Source of the DNA: Mycolicibacterium smegmatis
GTDB lineage: Bacteria; Actinomycetota; Actinomycetes; Mycobacteriales; Mycobacteriaceae
Length of the DNA stretch: 32,000 nucleotides
Assembly (NCBI RefSeq): GCF_001457595.1
Contig: NZ_LN831039.1
Span: 150,001-182,000 of the forward strand
Reading direction: 5' to 3'
The position numbers and the translations under genes were made by a program. The first letter of the stretch is position 1. Every line of letters starts with the position of its first letter. Shown here piece after piece: positions 1 through 9,236 of this stretch. The notes beneath the pieces were generated by a model, which was not told the DNA's origin, did no database searches, and was given only the letters and a program-made list of their open reading frames with translations.

Positions 1-407
1 ATGTTGGCCATCGACGACAACACGTCCAGCGACTGCGCCCGCGAGATCCGCGGCACCGCATCCATCGCCAGCACCGTGATGTTGCGTGTACCCAGCTGCT
101 CCACCAGATCCGGGCGCAGCGCCGGGGAGATCAGACTGATCAGGGTCGCACCGTCACGCAGCGCGGCGATCTCGCCCTCCGATGGTGCGTTGACCTTCAT
201 CACCACATCGGCCGACCACACCGCATCGGCCGAGCCGATCTGCGCACCGGCATCGGCATACGCCGCATCGGAAAAACTCGCCGCCGCACCCGCACCGGAC
301 TCCACGACCACCGAGTAACCCAGCTTGAGAATCTGACCCACGGTCTGCGGAGTGGCAGCCACACGGGTCTCCCCAGGTTGGGACTCTCGAGGTATCCCAA
401 TCATCAT
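1..407 (-). CDS. pntA: NAD(P) transhydrogenase subunit alpha, N-terminal part (gene runs off the left edge)
   Basis: Absent from the ORF track because no stop lies inside the window. My hand translation of the minus strand from ATG 407 gives MMIGIPRESQPGETRVAATPQTVGQILKLGYSVVVESGAGAAASFSDAAYADAGAQIG...LAMDAVPRISRAQSLDVLSSMAN. From memory this matches the E. coli PntA N-terminus (MRIGIPRE..ETRVAATPKTV) and its PRISRAQSLDALSSMAN segment. An in-frame GTG at 458 is an alternative start. Confidence 0.85.
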   Translation of the reverse strand, partial: MMIGIPRESQPGETRVAATPQTVGQILKLGYSVVVESGAGAAASFSDAAYADAGAQIGSADAVWSADVVMKVNAPSEGEIAALRDGATLISLISPALRPDLVEQLGTRNITVLAMDAVPRISRAQSLDVLSSMAN

Positions 408-476
408 CGGCAACGGTCCAATCTGTCGGTCGGCATGGATGAGTGTCGCATCCGTCACAACGTCCGGAGCGGTCGC

Positions 477-1493
477 CTACAGCCAATCGCGGCGCTTGAA
501 CATCACGTATAGCAGACCGACCAGGACGGCGATCAGCGCAGAGCTGGTGACAAATCCGGCCACTGTGTCTACTCCGGGATAGGTGACGTTCTGCCCGTAG
601 AAGCCGGTGATGGCGGTCGGCACCGCGATGATCGCGGCCCATCCGGTCAGCTTCTTCATCACGGTGTTGAGGCGGGCGTCCTGCAGCGACAGATGGGTCT
701 CGAACACCGTTGTCACCATGTCGCGCAGGGACTCTGTCCATTCCGATGCGCGCAGGACGTGGTCGTACAGGTCGGCGTAGAGCGGATCGAGTTCGGGGGA
801 TGTCCGGGAGTCCAGCCTGCGGTGCTGGATGGTGCTGACCACCTCGCGCGTCGGCAGCACGACGCGGCGCAGTTCGACGAGGTCCTTGCGCAACCGGAAC
901 GTGCGTCGTTGCAGGCCGTGGTTGGGGCCGCGGTCGTCGAACAGTTCGTCTTCGAGTCCCTCGATCGCGTCGTCGAGCGCTTCGACGGCCTCGAAGTGCC
1001 CGTCCACCACGACGTCGAGCAGTCCGTGCACCAGGGATCCGACGCCGTATCTCTGGCCGCCGAGGTCGTCGAAGCGTCGTGACACCTCGTGGATGTCGAA
1101 CTCGTGGGCGGCCCCGTCGAGGCCGGGCAACCGGACCGTGATCAGCCCGTGCGGCAACACGAACGCCGAGATGCGGTGCTTCACCAGAAGCGATCCGGTG
1201 CCGCCGCCGGAGCTGAGGATGTCGACGGCGTAGACCGTGAAGAACGTGTGGGTCTTGTACACCGAGGCCTTGGTGCGCTCCTTGGGTGCGACGGCATCTT
1301 CGACGGCCCAGGTGTTGAGCCCGAGTTCGGCCGCCAGGTCCAGCAGTGTCTGATGGTCCGGGTCGTAGATGTCGGCCCACACCAGCGTGTCGTCGTCGGC
1401 GAGATAGTCCGAGATGGCCGAGAACGAGAAATCCTCGGCCGACTGACCGGATCGCCAGACTCGGCCGTGCACCTGCGCCATGCCGTGAGTCAA
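477..1493 (-). CDS. CorA-family divalent cation channel-like protein with a GQN motif in place of GMN
   Basis: 338-aa ORF. The C-terminus has CorA topology: two TM helices flank ..AITGFYGQNVTYPG.., followed by a basic tail KRRDWL, where CorA normally has YGMNF..MPE and a KKKxWL-type tail. The track start is TTG 1493; ATG 1481 (MAQVHG..) is an alternative. Neither has a clear SD. Confidence 0.75.
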   Translation of the reverse strand: MTHGMAQVHGRVWRSGQSAEDFSFSAISDYLADDDTLVWADIYDPDHQTLLDLAAELGLNTWAVEDAVAPKERTKASVYKTHTFFTVYAVDILSSGGGTGSLLVKHRISAFVLPHGLITVRLPGLDGAAHEFDIHEVSRRFDDLGGQRYGVGSLVHGLLDVVVDGHFEAVEALDDAIEGLEDELFDDRGPNHGLQRRTFRLRKDLVELRRVVLPTREVVSTIQHRRLDSRTSPELDPLYADLYDHVLRASEWTESLRDMVTTVFETHLSLQDARLNTVMKKLTGWAAIIAVPTAITGFYGQNVTYPGVDTVAGFVTSSALIAVLVGLLYVMFKRRDWL

Positions 1494-1643
1494 CCACGCG
1501 AGAAAAACTCACGGCGATTCGAGATCTTCACGGAGTCGGCCGCCGTCGGTACGAATAGCCGGGTGAACACGACGCTGTCTGCCGACTGCTGCTGTTGCTG
1601 ACGCAACGCCTCCCGTTCTCCCAGCAACAGAAAGTCGGCAACC

Positions 1644-2504
1644 GTGTCTGTCTTCGTCGATATCGTGCCCCAGTCCGAGACGGATTCCCCGCGCCCCGCG
1701 GCGCCGTCCAACCGCGGGCGCGCCATCCTCACCAAGGCCCTGCTGCCGCTGCTGTCGGTCGCGGTGTTCTTCGCGGTGTGGCAGGCCGTCGCGGTGGCGG
1801 GCATCTGGAACCAGACCTTCGTGCCGTACCCCAGCGCGGTGTGGCGTGCGTTCATCGATCTGTCCACCACGCATGACGGTGTCCGCGGATACGCGGGGTA
1901 CCTGCTGGTCGAGCACCTGTACATGACACTGCGCCGTGTGGTGGCCGGTGTGGTGATCGGCGTGGTCCTCGGCGTGCTGCTGGGCCTGCTCATGGGTTCG
2001 GTGGGCTGGCTGCGCAGCGTGCTGGAACCGTGGCTCACATTCCTGCGGGCGCTGCCGCCGCTGGCCTATTTCTTCCTGTTGGTCATCTGGCTCGGCATCG
2101 ACGAGGCCCCCAAGATCACGCTGCTCGCGCTCGCAGCCCTGCCGCCGGCCGCGGTGGCCACCACGGCGGCCGTCGTCGCCGCACCCGTCGGCCTGCAGGA
2201 GGCCGCGCGGGCACTCGGAGCCACGCGTGCCCAGGTGATCCGCGACGTCGTGGTGCCCTCGGCGCTGCCGGAAACCTTCACCGGCATCCGGTTGGCCGTG
2301 GGCATGGCCTATTCGTCGGTGGTCGCCGCGGAGTTGTTCAACGGCATCCCCGGAGTCGGCGGCCTGGTCAAGGACGCGAGCAACTACAACAACACTCCCG
2401 TCGTGCTGGTCGGAATCTTCGCAATCGGGTTCTCCGGTCTGGTGATCGACGGTTTATTGCGCGCTGTGGAAAGGCGTGCTGTCCCGTGGATCGGAAAGGT
2501 CTAG
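1644..2504 (+). CDS. tauC: ABC transporter permease, taurine/aliphatic sulfonate (TauC/SsuC) type
   Basis: 286-aa polytopic membrane ORF with an EAA-loop-like segment LQEAARALGATRAQVIRDVVVPSALP. It lies directly upstream of the TauA-like binding protein and the ATPase. The start (GTG 1644) is uncertain. Confidence 0.8.
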   Translation: MSVFVDIVPQSETDSPRPAAPSNRGRAILTKALLPLLSVAVFFAVWQAVAVAGIWNQTFVPYPSAVWRAFIDLSTTHDGVRGYAGYLLVEHLYMTLRRVVAGVVIGVVLGVLLGLLMGSVGWLRSVLEPWLTFLRALPPLAYFFLLVIWLGIDEAPKITLLALAALPPAAVATTAAVVAAPVGLQEAARALGATRAQVIRDVVVPSALPETFTGIRLAVGMAYSSVVAAELFNGIPGVGGLVKDASNYNNTPVVLVGIFAIGFSGLVIDGLLRAVERRAVPWIGKV

Positions 2505-2510
2505 CAAGAT

Positions 2511-3522
2511 ATGAAACTCAAGTCACTGCTCGTTGCCACCGCAGCCTCGGCGCTGGCGCTGGCCGGCTGCGCGGTGGACAACTCGGAACAGGACGCCGAA
2601 AAACCCACCATTCGCGTTGGCTACCAGACGTTCCCGAGCGGCGATCTGATCGTCAAGAACAACGGTTGGCTGGAAGAGGCACTGCCGGACTACAACATCA
2701 AGTGGACCAAGTTCGACTCCGGTGCCGACGTCAACACCGCGTTCGTCGCGGGTGAACTCGACTTCGGGGCACTGGGTTCCAGCCCGGTGGCCCGCGGTCT
2801 GTCCGCACCGCTGAACATCCCTTACAAGGTCGCGTTCGTGCTCGACGTCGCCGGTGACAACGAGGCCCTCGTCGCGCGCGACGGCAGCGGTGTCAACAGC
2901 ATCGCGGACCTGCGCGGCAAGCGTGTCGCGACGCCGTTCGCCTCCACCGCGCACTACAGCCTGCTGGCCGCGCTCGCGCAGAACGGTCTGTCGCCCAACG
3001 ATGTTCAGCTCATCGATCTGCAGCCGCAGGCCATCCTGGCGGCGTGGGAGCGCGGCGACATCGCGGCCGCCTACAGCTGGCTACCGACGCTGGATGATCT
3101 CCGCAAGACCGGCAAGGACCTCATCACCAGCCGTGAGCTGGCCGCCGACGGCAAGCCGACGCTGGATCTGGGCGTGGTCTCCGACAAGTTCGCCACGGAG
3201 CACCCCGACGTCGTCGACACGTGGCGTGAGCAGGAGGCCCGTGCGCTCGACGTGATCAAGGACGATCCCGACGCCGCGGCCAAGGCCATCGCTGCCGAGA
3301 TCGGGCTGTCACCGGAAGACGTTGCGGGCCAGTTGAAGCAGGGTGTGTACCTGACTCCCGCGGAGGTCGCCTCGGAGCAGTGGCTGGGCTCCGACGGCAA
3401 GCCGGGCAACATCGCCGCGAATCTGCAGAGCGCGTCGGAGTTCCTCGCCGAGCAGAAGCAGATCCCGGAAGCCGCGCCGCTGGGGACGTTCGAGGACGCG
3501 ATCTACACGAAGGGCCTGCCGG

Positions 3523-3539
<17 letters not shown>
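2511..3539 (+). CDS. tauA: Taurine-type ABC transporter substrate-binding lipoprotein
   Basis: Signal peptide with lipobox LALAGC. Several blocks match E. coli TauA as I recall it: W.KFDSGA, GALGSSP, GDNEALV, GKRVATPFASTAHYSLLAAL, LQPQAILAAWERGDI.AAY, PTLDLGVV..FA.EHPDVV, GVYLTP. Confidence 0.85.
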
Positions 3540-4300
<761 letters not shown>

Positions 4301-4320
<20 letters not shown>

Positions 4321-4981
4321 GAACGTCGTTGAGCTGCAGCAGATCTGCCGCGACGATCTGGGGCTGGGGTACCCCGGGTGCGGTCAGTGGCGCATTGCCC
4401 GGCCGGGTGATCAGCGCACCGCGGTAGCCGGCGGACTGCGCGCCGAGGAGGTCCCACGTGTGCGAGGCGACCATGGTGCACTGGCCCGGCTCCACTCCGA
4501 GCGCCGACGCGACGTGGGTGTAGAGCGACGTCGACGGCTTGAAGACCCGGTGCTCGCCGACGGTGAACTGACGCTCGAAATACCCGGCCAGCCCGGCGTT
4601 CTCGAGTGGTGTCGCGCCCTGGTGGTGCGGTGAATTGGTCAGTGTGACAAGGCGATAACCGTTGCCCCGTAACCGTTGCAGACCTTCTTCGACATCGGGG
4701 TAGGCCGGCATGGTGCGCATCCCTTCGGCGAGCGCTTGCACATCGTCGTCGGAGATCGTCACGCCGTGGATGTCGGCGAGCATCCTCAGCACGCCCTGCC
4801 CGAGCGTGAAGAAGTCGGTGTAGTTGCCCGACAGCGTGAGTGCCATCGAGTGCATCACCAACTGCCCGAACCACTCACGCAGCACGTGCGGGTCTGAGAA
4901 GGTCCGCTCGAAATGGGGTGTGAGCGACTCGAGATCGATGAGCGTCTCGTTGACGTCGAAGACCAGCACGTGTTCGGTCAT
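4301..4981 (-). CDS. HAD-superfamily hydrolase, type II (L-2-haloacid dehalogenase-like)
   Basis: I trimmed the 346-aa track ORF to ATG 4981 (MTEHVLVFDVNETL..) because the upstream 120 codons are Arg-rich junk. HAD motifs: I = FDVNETL, II = LTNS, III = FKPS. SHTWDLLGAQSAGY resembles the SSNxWDxxGA block of L-2-haloacid dehalogenases. The start overlaps the stop of the upstream hydrolase in ATGA (4978-4981). Confidence 0.8.
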
Positions 4982-5841
4982 GAAACCTTCCTGTCCAGAA
5001 ATGAGTCGATCAGCCCGGCGACCTCGTCGACGTGGGTTTCGAGCAGGAAGTGCCCGCCGTCGAGCAGGTGGATCTCGGCGTCGGTCGCGTCCTTCTCGAA
5101 GGCCCTGGCCCCGTCGGGGCCGAAGATCGGATCGTTGCGGCCCCACACCGCGAGGACGGGAACCCCACTGGTGCGCAGGTATTCGTGCAGCGTCGGATAC
5201 AGCGGGGGATTGGTCGCGTAGTCGGCGAACAGCTTGAGCTGGATGACGTCGTTGCCCGGACGCGCCAGTTGTGCCGCATCGTGGTTCCAGGTGTCGGGGC
5301 TCACCAGGCTCTCGTCGGCAACGCCTGTGACGTACTGCCATTTGACGGACTCGGGATCCAGGGCCGTGCGGATGGCGGCCTCGGTCTGCGGGGTCTGCTC
5401 ACGGTGGTAGTCCCACACCGTCGACCAGAAACCATCCACAAAGCCTTCAACGTATCCGTTGCCGTTCTGGGTCACGATCGCGCTGATGGCCTCCGGGTGC
5501 CGCAGCGCCAGACGCCAGCCGATCGGTGCGCCGTAGTCCTGGACGTAGATCGCATAGCGGACGATCCCGAGGTGGGTGAGCAGGCCCTCGGTCAGATCGG
5601 CGAGTGCGTCGAAGGTGTAGTCGAACTCATCGGCCGACGGTGCGTCCGAGAAACCGAATCCCAGGTGATCGGGCGCGATGACGCGATGGTTCCTGGCGAG
5701 AAGCGGGATGAGGTCGCGAAACATGAACGAGCTGGTGGGGAACCCGTGCAACAGCACGATCGGCGGTGCGTCGGCCGGCCCGGCCGCACGGTAGAAGATG
5801 CGTTGCCCGTCGACGGTGGCGTAGCGGTGATGGATGTTCAT
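4978..5841 (-). CDS. Alpha/beta-fold hydrolase with an Asp nucleophile (epoxide hydrolase / haloalkane-fluoroacetate dehalogenase class)
   Basis: 287 aa. HGFP oxyanion motif (VLLHGFPTSS), nucleophile elbow VQDYGAPIG (Asp rather than Ser), C-terminal His in LLDGGHFLLETH. SD AGGAGG lies 6 nt upstream of ATG 5841. Confidence 0.85.
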   Translation of the reverse strand: MNIHHRYATVDGQRIFYRAAGPADAPPIVLLHGFPTSSFMFRDLIPLLARNHRVIAPDHLGFGFSDAPSADEFDYTFDALADLTEGLLTHLGIVRYAIYVQDYGAPIGWRLALRHPEAISAIVTQNGNGYVEGFVDGFWSTVWDYHREQTPQTEAAIRTALDPESVKWQYVTGVADESLVSPDTWNHDAAQLARPGNDVIQLKLFADYATNPPLYPTLHEYLRTSGVPVLAVWGRNDPIFGPDGARAFEKDATDAEIHLLDGGHFLLETHVDEVAGLIDSFLDRKVS

Positions 5842-5843
5842 GA

Positions 5844-5923
5844 CTAACCTCCTAAAGAGTGATTGATAGTTAGGTCAGTCTGCGCGTGATGATATAACCT
5901 GTCAATAGGCATTTGGAGGTTAG
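5844..5923. promoter_or_regulatory. Nested dyad-symmetric divergent control region between the hydrolase and CGNR genes
   Basis: The outer perfect 9-bp inverted repeat is CTAACCTCC (5844-5852) / GGAGGTTAG (5915-5923) and contains both SD sequences. The inner imperfect repeat is ATTGATAGTTAGGTCA (5862-5877) / TGATATAACCTGTCAAT (5890-5906), with 13 of 17 positions matching and one gap. Both are centred at 5883.5. A TATAAC -10-like hexamer lies at 5893-5898. Confidence 0.5.
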
Positions 5924-5925
5924 GA

Positions 5926-6426
5926 ATGGACGTGGCCGTGGTCGACCGACGGGACGAGGAATTCCTGCTCGATCTGCTCAACACCACACCGGTGGTGGAC
6001 GGGCAAGAACGCGACGATCTCGCAGATGACGACAGCGCACGGGCGTGGATGCGAGCGCGCGGGGTGGAAAGCTCGCGGGGCGACCTGATTGCCGTGCGAG
6101 ACCTGCTTCAGGATGTGGTGCGGGGAATGCGGACGCCGAGCGCCCTCGACCGCTTCCTCGGCGACGTGACGATGCGCCCGAAGATGACGCCGGACGGCGT
6201 GAGTTGGGAACTGGCCGCATCGCCCGCCGCGCGCGCCGTGTTGGCGTGGGACGCGTTGCGCATCAACAGCCCGGGGCGGCTACGGGCGTGCGCCAACGAC
6301 GAGTGCCGGCTGTTCCTGATCGACCGGAGCAAGCCCAACACCGCGCGGTGGTGTTCGATGGCGATCTGCGGCAACCGCATGAAGGCGCGCAGGCATTACC
6401 AGCGCGCCAAGGGGAGTGAGAAGTAA
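5926..6426 (+). CDS. CGNR zinc-finger (ABATE domain) protein, putative regulator
   Basis: The C-terminus RLRACANDECRLFLIDRSKPNTARWCSMAICGNRMKARRHYQR carries the eponymous CGNR Cys4 zinc-finger signature. The N-terminal segment FLLDLLNT is typical of the ABATE domain. SD GGAGG lies 6 nt upstream of the ATG. Confidence 0.85.
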   Translation: MDVAVVDRRDEEFLLDLLNTTPVVDGQERDDLADDDSARAWMRARGVESSRGDLIAVRDLLQDVVRGMRTPSALDRFLGDVTMRPKMTPDGVSWELAASPAARAVLAWDALRINSPGRLRACANDECRLFLIDRSKPNTARWCSMAICGNRMKARRHYQRAKGSEK

Positions 6427-6596
6427 CCCGGGTTTACACCGGGGGATAGGCCGGCGGCGGGTACACGCCACGAAGGCCCCACGGGATCCAGTTGAAGAAG
6501 AACTCGCCTTCGTCGCTGAGATCGTAGTCAGGATTCGGATCCATGCCCGCAGTCTAGACCGAGCGAACGCAAGCAGGGCCGCGATTGCCTACACTG

Positions 6597-6616
6597 AATC
6601 AACCATCTAGTTGATT
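6597..6616. promoter_or_regulatory. Candidate TetR operator (inverted repeat AATCAAC-N6-GTTGATT)
   Basis: A perfect 7-bp inverted repeat in an AT-richer patch, 47-66 bp upstream of the TetR start codon (6663). The arrangement is typical of autoregulated TetR genes. No experimental support. Confidence 0.35.
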
Positions 6617-6662
6617 GAACGCCCCGGGGCTGTCCGGGCGAGGCCGATAAAGTGAGTGTCCC

Positions 6663-7322
6663 ATGACTTCCGCCGCCAACAACGGAACTTCCCGCCGCGA
6701 AGAACTGCTGAACGTCGCGGCGAAACTGTTCGCAGCCCGCGGCTACCACGGCACCCGGATGGACGACGTGGCTGAAGCGGTCGGCCTGAACAAGGCCACC
6801 GTGTACCACTACTACGCGAGCAAATCGCTCATCCTCTACGACATCTACAAGAGCGCCGCCGACTTCACGGTCGAGGCCCTGCACGACGATCCGACCTCGT
6901 CAGCGCGCGAGACCATCTACCACTTCACCCGGCGCCTGATGGTGGGGATCGCCAACGACCTGGAGCGTGCCGCCGTGTACTTCCAGGAGGGCCCCTACAT
7001 CGCCGAGTGGTTCACCGAGGAGCAGGTCGAGTACATCCGGCACTCCGAGGCGCAGGTCTACGAGCATGTGCGCGACGTGATCGACCGGGGGATCGCAAGC
7101 GGCGAGTTCTACGACTGCGACTCGCACGTGCTCGCGCTGGGCTACATCGGGATGGTGCTCGGCGCCTACCGCTGGCTGCGCCCGCACGGCCGTCGCACCG
7201 CCAAGGAGATCGCGGTGGAGTTCAGCACCGCACTGCTGCGCGGGCTGATCCGCGACGAGAACATCCGGGTCGAGTCCCCGTTGGGCATCGACGTGCAGGC
7301 CGGCAGCGAAGAGCAGCGATGA
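6663..7322 (+). CDS. TetR-family transcriptional regulator
   Basis: N-terminal HTH RREELLNVAAKLFAARGYHGTRMDDVAEAVGLNKATVYHYYASK. 219 aa. The stop overlaps the next start (ATGA at 7319-7322). Confidence 0.9.
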   Translation: MTSAANNGTSRREELLNVAAKLFAARGYHGTRMDDVAEAVGLNKATVYHYYASKSLILYDIYKSAADFTVEALHDDPTSSARETIYHFTRRLMVGIANDLERAAVYFQEGPYIAEWFTEEQVEYIRHSEAQVYEHVRDVIDRGIASGEFYDCDSHVLALGYIGMVLGAYRWLRPHGRRTAKEIAVEFSTALLRGLIRDENIRVESPLGIDVQAGSEEQR

Positions 7323-8092
7323 GTGACCTGTTCGGGTTGGACGGCAAGGTCGCGGTCGTCACCGGAGGCGGCCGCGGCATCGGCCTGATGATCGCGCGCG
7401 GCCTGCTGCAGGCAGGCGCGAGCGTGTACATCGCGGGCCGCAAGGAGGCCGAGCTGTCCGCGGCCGTGGCCGAACTGTCGCCGCTCGGCCGGGTCGAGGC
7501 CGTGCCCGCCGATCTGGGCACCGCGGAGGGTGTCACGACGCTGACCGCGGCGATCACGGGCCGCGAGAACGCGATCCACGCGCTGTTCAACAACGCGGGC
7601 GCGGCATGGGGCGCCCCGTACGAGGACTTCCCGGAGTCGGGCTTCGACAAGGTCTACAACGTCAACGTCAAAGGTGTCTTCCTGCTGACGCGGGCGCTCA
7701 CCCCATTGCTGCGCGCAGGTGCCACCGACGACGATCCGGCGCGCGTGATCAACACCGGCAGCATCGACGGAATCGTCGCGCCCGGCCGTGGCCGCGACAA
7801 CTTCTCCTACAGCGCCAGCAAAGCCGCGGTGCACATGCTCACGCGCCACCTCGCGGGTGAACTCGCCCCGCACATCCTCGTGAACGCCATCGCGCCGGGG
7901 CTCTTCCCGTCCCGGATGACCAAGGAACTGCTTGCTGCCGGCGAGGACGCCGTCGGTTCCGCGCTTCCGCTGCGCCGTGTCGGGCGGCCCGACGACATCG
8001 CCGGTATCGCGGTGTTTCTCGCGAGCCGCGCCAGCACGTACATCACGGGCGCGGTGATTCCGGTGGACGGCGGGGTCAGCACCATCCGCTGA
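7319..8092 (+). CDS. Short-chain dehydrogenase/reductase (SDR)
   Basis: I trimmed the track ORF 7007..8092 to ATG 7319 (MSDLFGLDGKVAVVTGGGRGIG). It has the TGxxxGIG cofactor motif, NNAG, and the catalytic YSASKAAV (YxxxK). Confidence 0.9.
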   Translation: MSDLFGLDGKVAVVTGGGRGIGLMIARGLLQAGASVYIAGRKEAELSAAVAELSPLGRVEAVPADLGTAEGVTTLTAAITGRENAIHALFNNAGAAWGAPYEDFPESGFDKVYNVNVKGVFLLTRALTPLLRAGATDDDPARVINTGSIDGIVAPGRGRDNFSYSASKAAVHMLTRHLAGELAPHILVNAIAPGLFPSRMTKELLAAGEDAVGSALPLRRVGRPDDIAGIAVFLASRASTYITGAVIPVDGGVSTIR

Positions 8093-8103
8093 TACGGATT
8101 GAT

Positions 8104-8140
8104 CCAAGGACGGTATTGAGCGATACCAATTCGGCCTTGG
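8104..8140. promoter_or_regulatory. Imperfect compound palindrome/hairpin between the SDR stop and tctC
   Basis: CCAAGG (8104-8109) pairs with CCTTGG (8135-8140), enclosing GGTAT (8112-8116) / ATACC (8123-8127). It could be a factor-independent terminator without a U-tract or an operator for tctCBA. GGTATTG recurs at 8144-8150. Confidence 0.25.
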
Positions 8141-8228
8141 ACAGGTATTGCCACGCTCCCTAGTTTGTAGTGATAGCCGCCACAGCGGCTGCCCTCACCG
8201 GGTCGGATCACTCAACAGGAGCAAAGTC

Positions 8229-9236
8229 ATGGCGATACCCGCTCTTCGCCGTACCCGCCTCGTCCTGGCCGCTGCTGCTGCCGCCGGCCTGGTGCTCAGT
8301 GGCTGTGGCGGCGTACAGAACACGACCGGCGGCGGATCCGGCGGCACCTATCCGTCCGGCACCGTCGAGATGTACGTCGGGGCTTCGGCAGGCGGCTCCA
8401 GTGACCTGATCAGTCGCGCGGTGTCCAAAGGGCTCAGCGACTCGCTGGGCGCGTCATTCCCGGTGATCAATCGCGAAGGCGCCAACGGCGCCCTCGCGGC
8501 CGCCGAGGTCTCCAAGGCCAAGCCCGACGGCTCGGTGATCGCCATCCAGAACGCGTCGCTGTTCACCATCACACCACTCGCCGTGTCACCCGGCGAGGTC
8601 ACCGACATCGACGATTTCGACGTCGTCTACGGCGTCTCGCGCGACGACTACGTGCTGGTCACCAACCCGGCGAGCGGCTACAAGACCATAGGAGACCTCG
8701 AGGCCGCGACCAAGCCCGTGCGCTACGGCACCACCGGCGTCGGCACGGGCGCGCAACTGGCCGCCGCGCTGCTGTTCAAGTCGGCCGACGTGCCGTCGCA
8801 GGCCGTACCGTTCGACGGCGGTGCGCCCGCCCTCACGGCACTGCTGGGCAACCAGATCGACGTCGCGGTCCTGCAGGTGGGCGAGGCCATCGAGAACATC
8901 CAGTCCGACAAGCTGATCCCGCTCTCGGTGTTCGGCCCGGAGCGCATCGACTACCTGCCCGAGGTGCCCACCGCCAAGGAACAGGGACTCGACGTCGAGG
9001 TCACGCAGTACCGCTTCATGACGGTGCCCAAGGGCACCCCGCAAGAGGTCCGTGACCGCATCGTCGAAGGCCTGGAGGCCACCTTCGCCACCGACGCGTA
9101 CAAGAAGTTCAACGAGCAGAACAGCCTGACGCCCATGGAGCAACCCGGCCCCGAGGTCCTCGAGCAACTCAAGGCGGACAGCAAGCGATATGCCGACCTC
9201 ACCAAGGAGTTCGGCATCGACCTGCGAGCCAGCTGA
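8229..9236 (+). CDS. tctC: Tripartite tricarboxylate transporter substrate-binding lipoprotein (TctC/Bug family)
   Basis: Start set at ATG 8229, with SD AGGAG at 8216-8220. Signal peptide with lipobox LSGC. The size and its position directly upstream of tctB- and tctA-like genes fit TctC. Confidence 0.8.
   Translation: MAIPALRRTRLVLAAAAAAGLVLSGCGGVQNTTGGGSGGTYPSGTVEMYVGASAGGSSDLISRAVSKGLSDSLGASFPVINREGANGALAAAEVSKAKPDGSVIAIQNASLFTITPLAVSPGEVTDIDDFDVVYGVSRDDYVLVTNPASGYKTIGDLEAATKPVRYGTTGVGTGAQLAAALLFKSADVPSQAVPFDGGAPALTALLGNQIDVAVLQVGEAIENIQSDKLIPLSVFGPERIDYLPEVPTAKEQGLDVEVTQYRFMTVPKGTPQEVRDRIVEGLEATFATDAYKKFNEQNSLTPMEQPGPEVLEQLKADSKRYADLTKEFGIDLRAS

Noticed and set aside
1-318. 105-aa plus-strand ORF at the left edge
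   Set aside because: It is antisense to the clearly PntA-like minus-strand frame. It is Ser/Ala/Thr-rich with no motif.
154-1512. 452-aa minus-strand ORF, extremely Arg/Gly/Pro-rich, spanning the pntA start and all of corA
   Set aside because: It has a shadow-frame composition typical of high-GC genomes and no recognisable motifs. It lies in an alternative frame across well-supported genes (corA-like at 477-1493, pntA at 1-407).
1494-1643. Possible Mg-sensing M-box riboswitch or other leader upstream of the CorA-like gene, including a 9-bp stem CTGTTGCTG (1592-1600) / CAGCAACAG (1622-1630)
   Set aside because: I could not recognise M-box consensus elements by eye. The spacer of about 150 nt is shared with the divergent tauC promoter, and a single stem is not evidence for a riboswitch. 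An Rfam/Infernal scan would be needed.
4982-5341. N-terminal extensions offered by the ORF track: HAD to 5341, SDR from 7007, tctC from 8148, thioesterase from 14106, mce1R to 15910, yrbE1A from 17749, yrbE1B from 18524, mce1B from 20567, mce1C from 21712, mas1D from 29624
   Set aside because: The extended parts are Arg-rich, overlap the upstream gene extensively, or swallow promoter regions. Internal starts give family-typical N-termini, SD sequences or ATGA/GTGA coupling.
6621-6630. 10-bp GC palindrome GCCCCGGGGC upstream of the TetR gene
   Set aside because: Short GC-only palindromes are expected by chance at this base composition. The AT-richer AATCAAC-N6-GTTGATT repeat next to it is the more credible operator.
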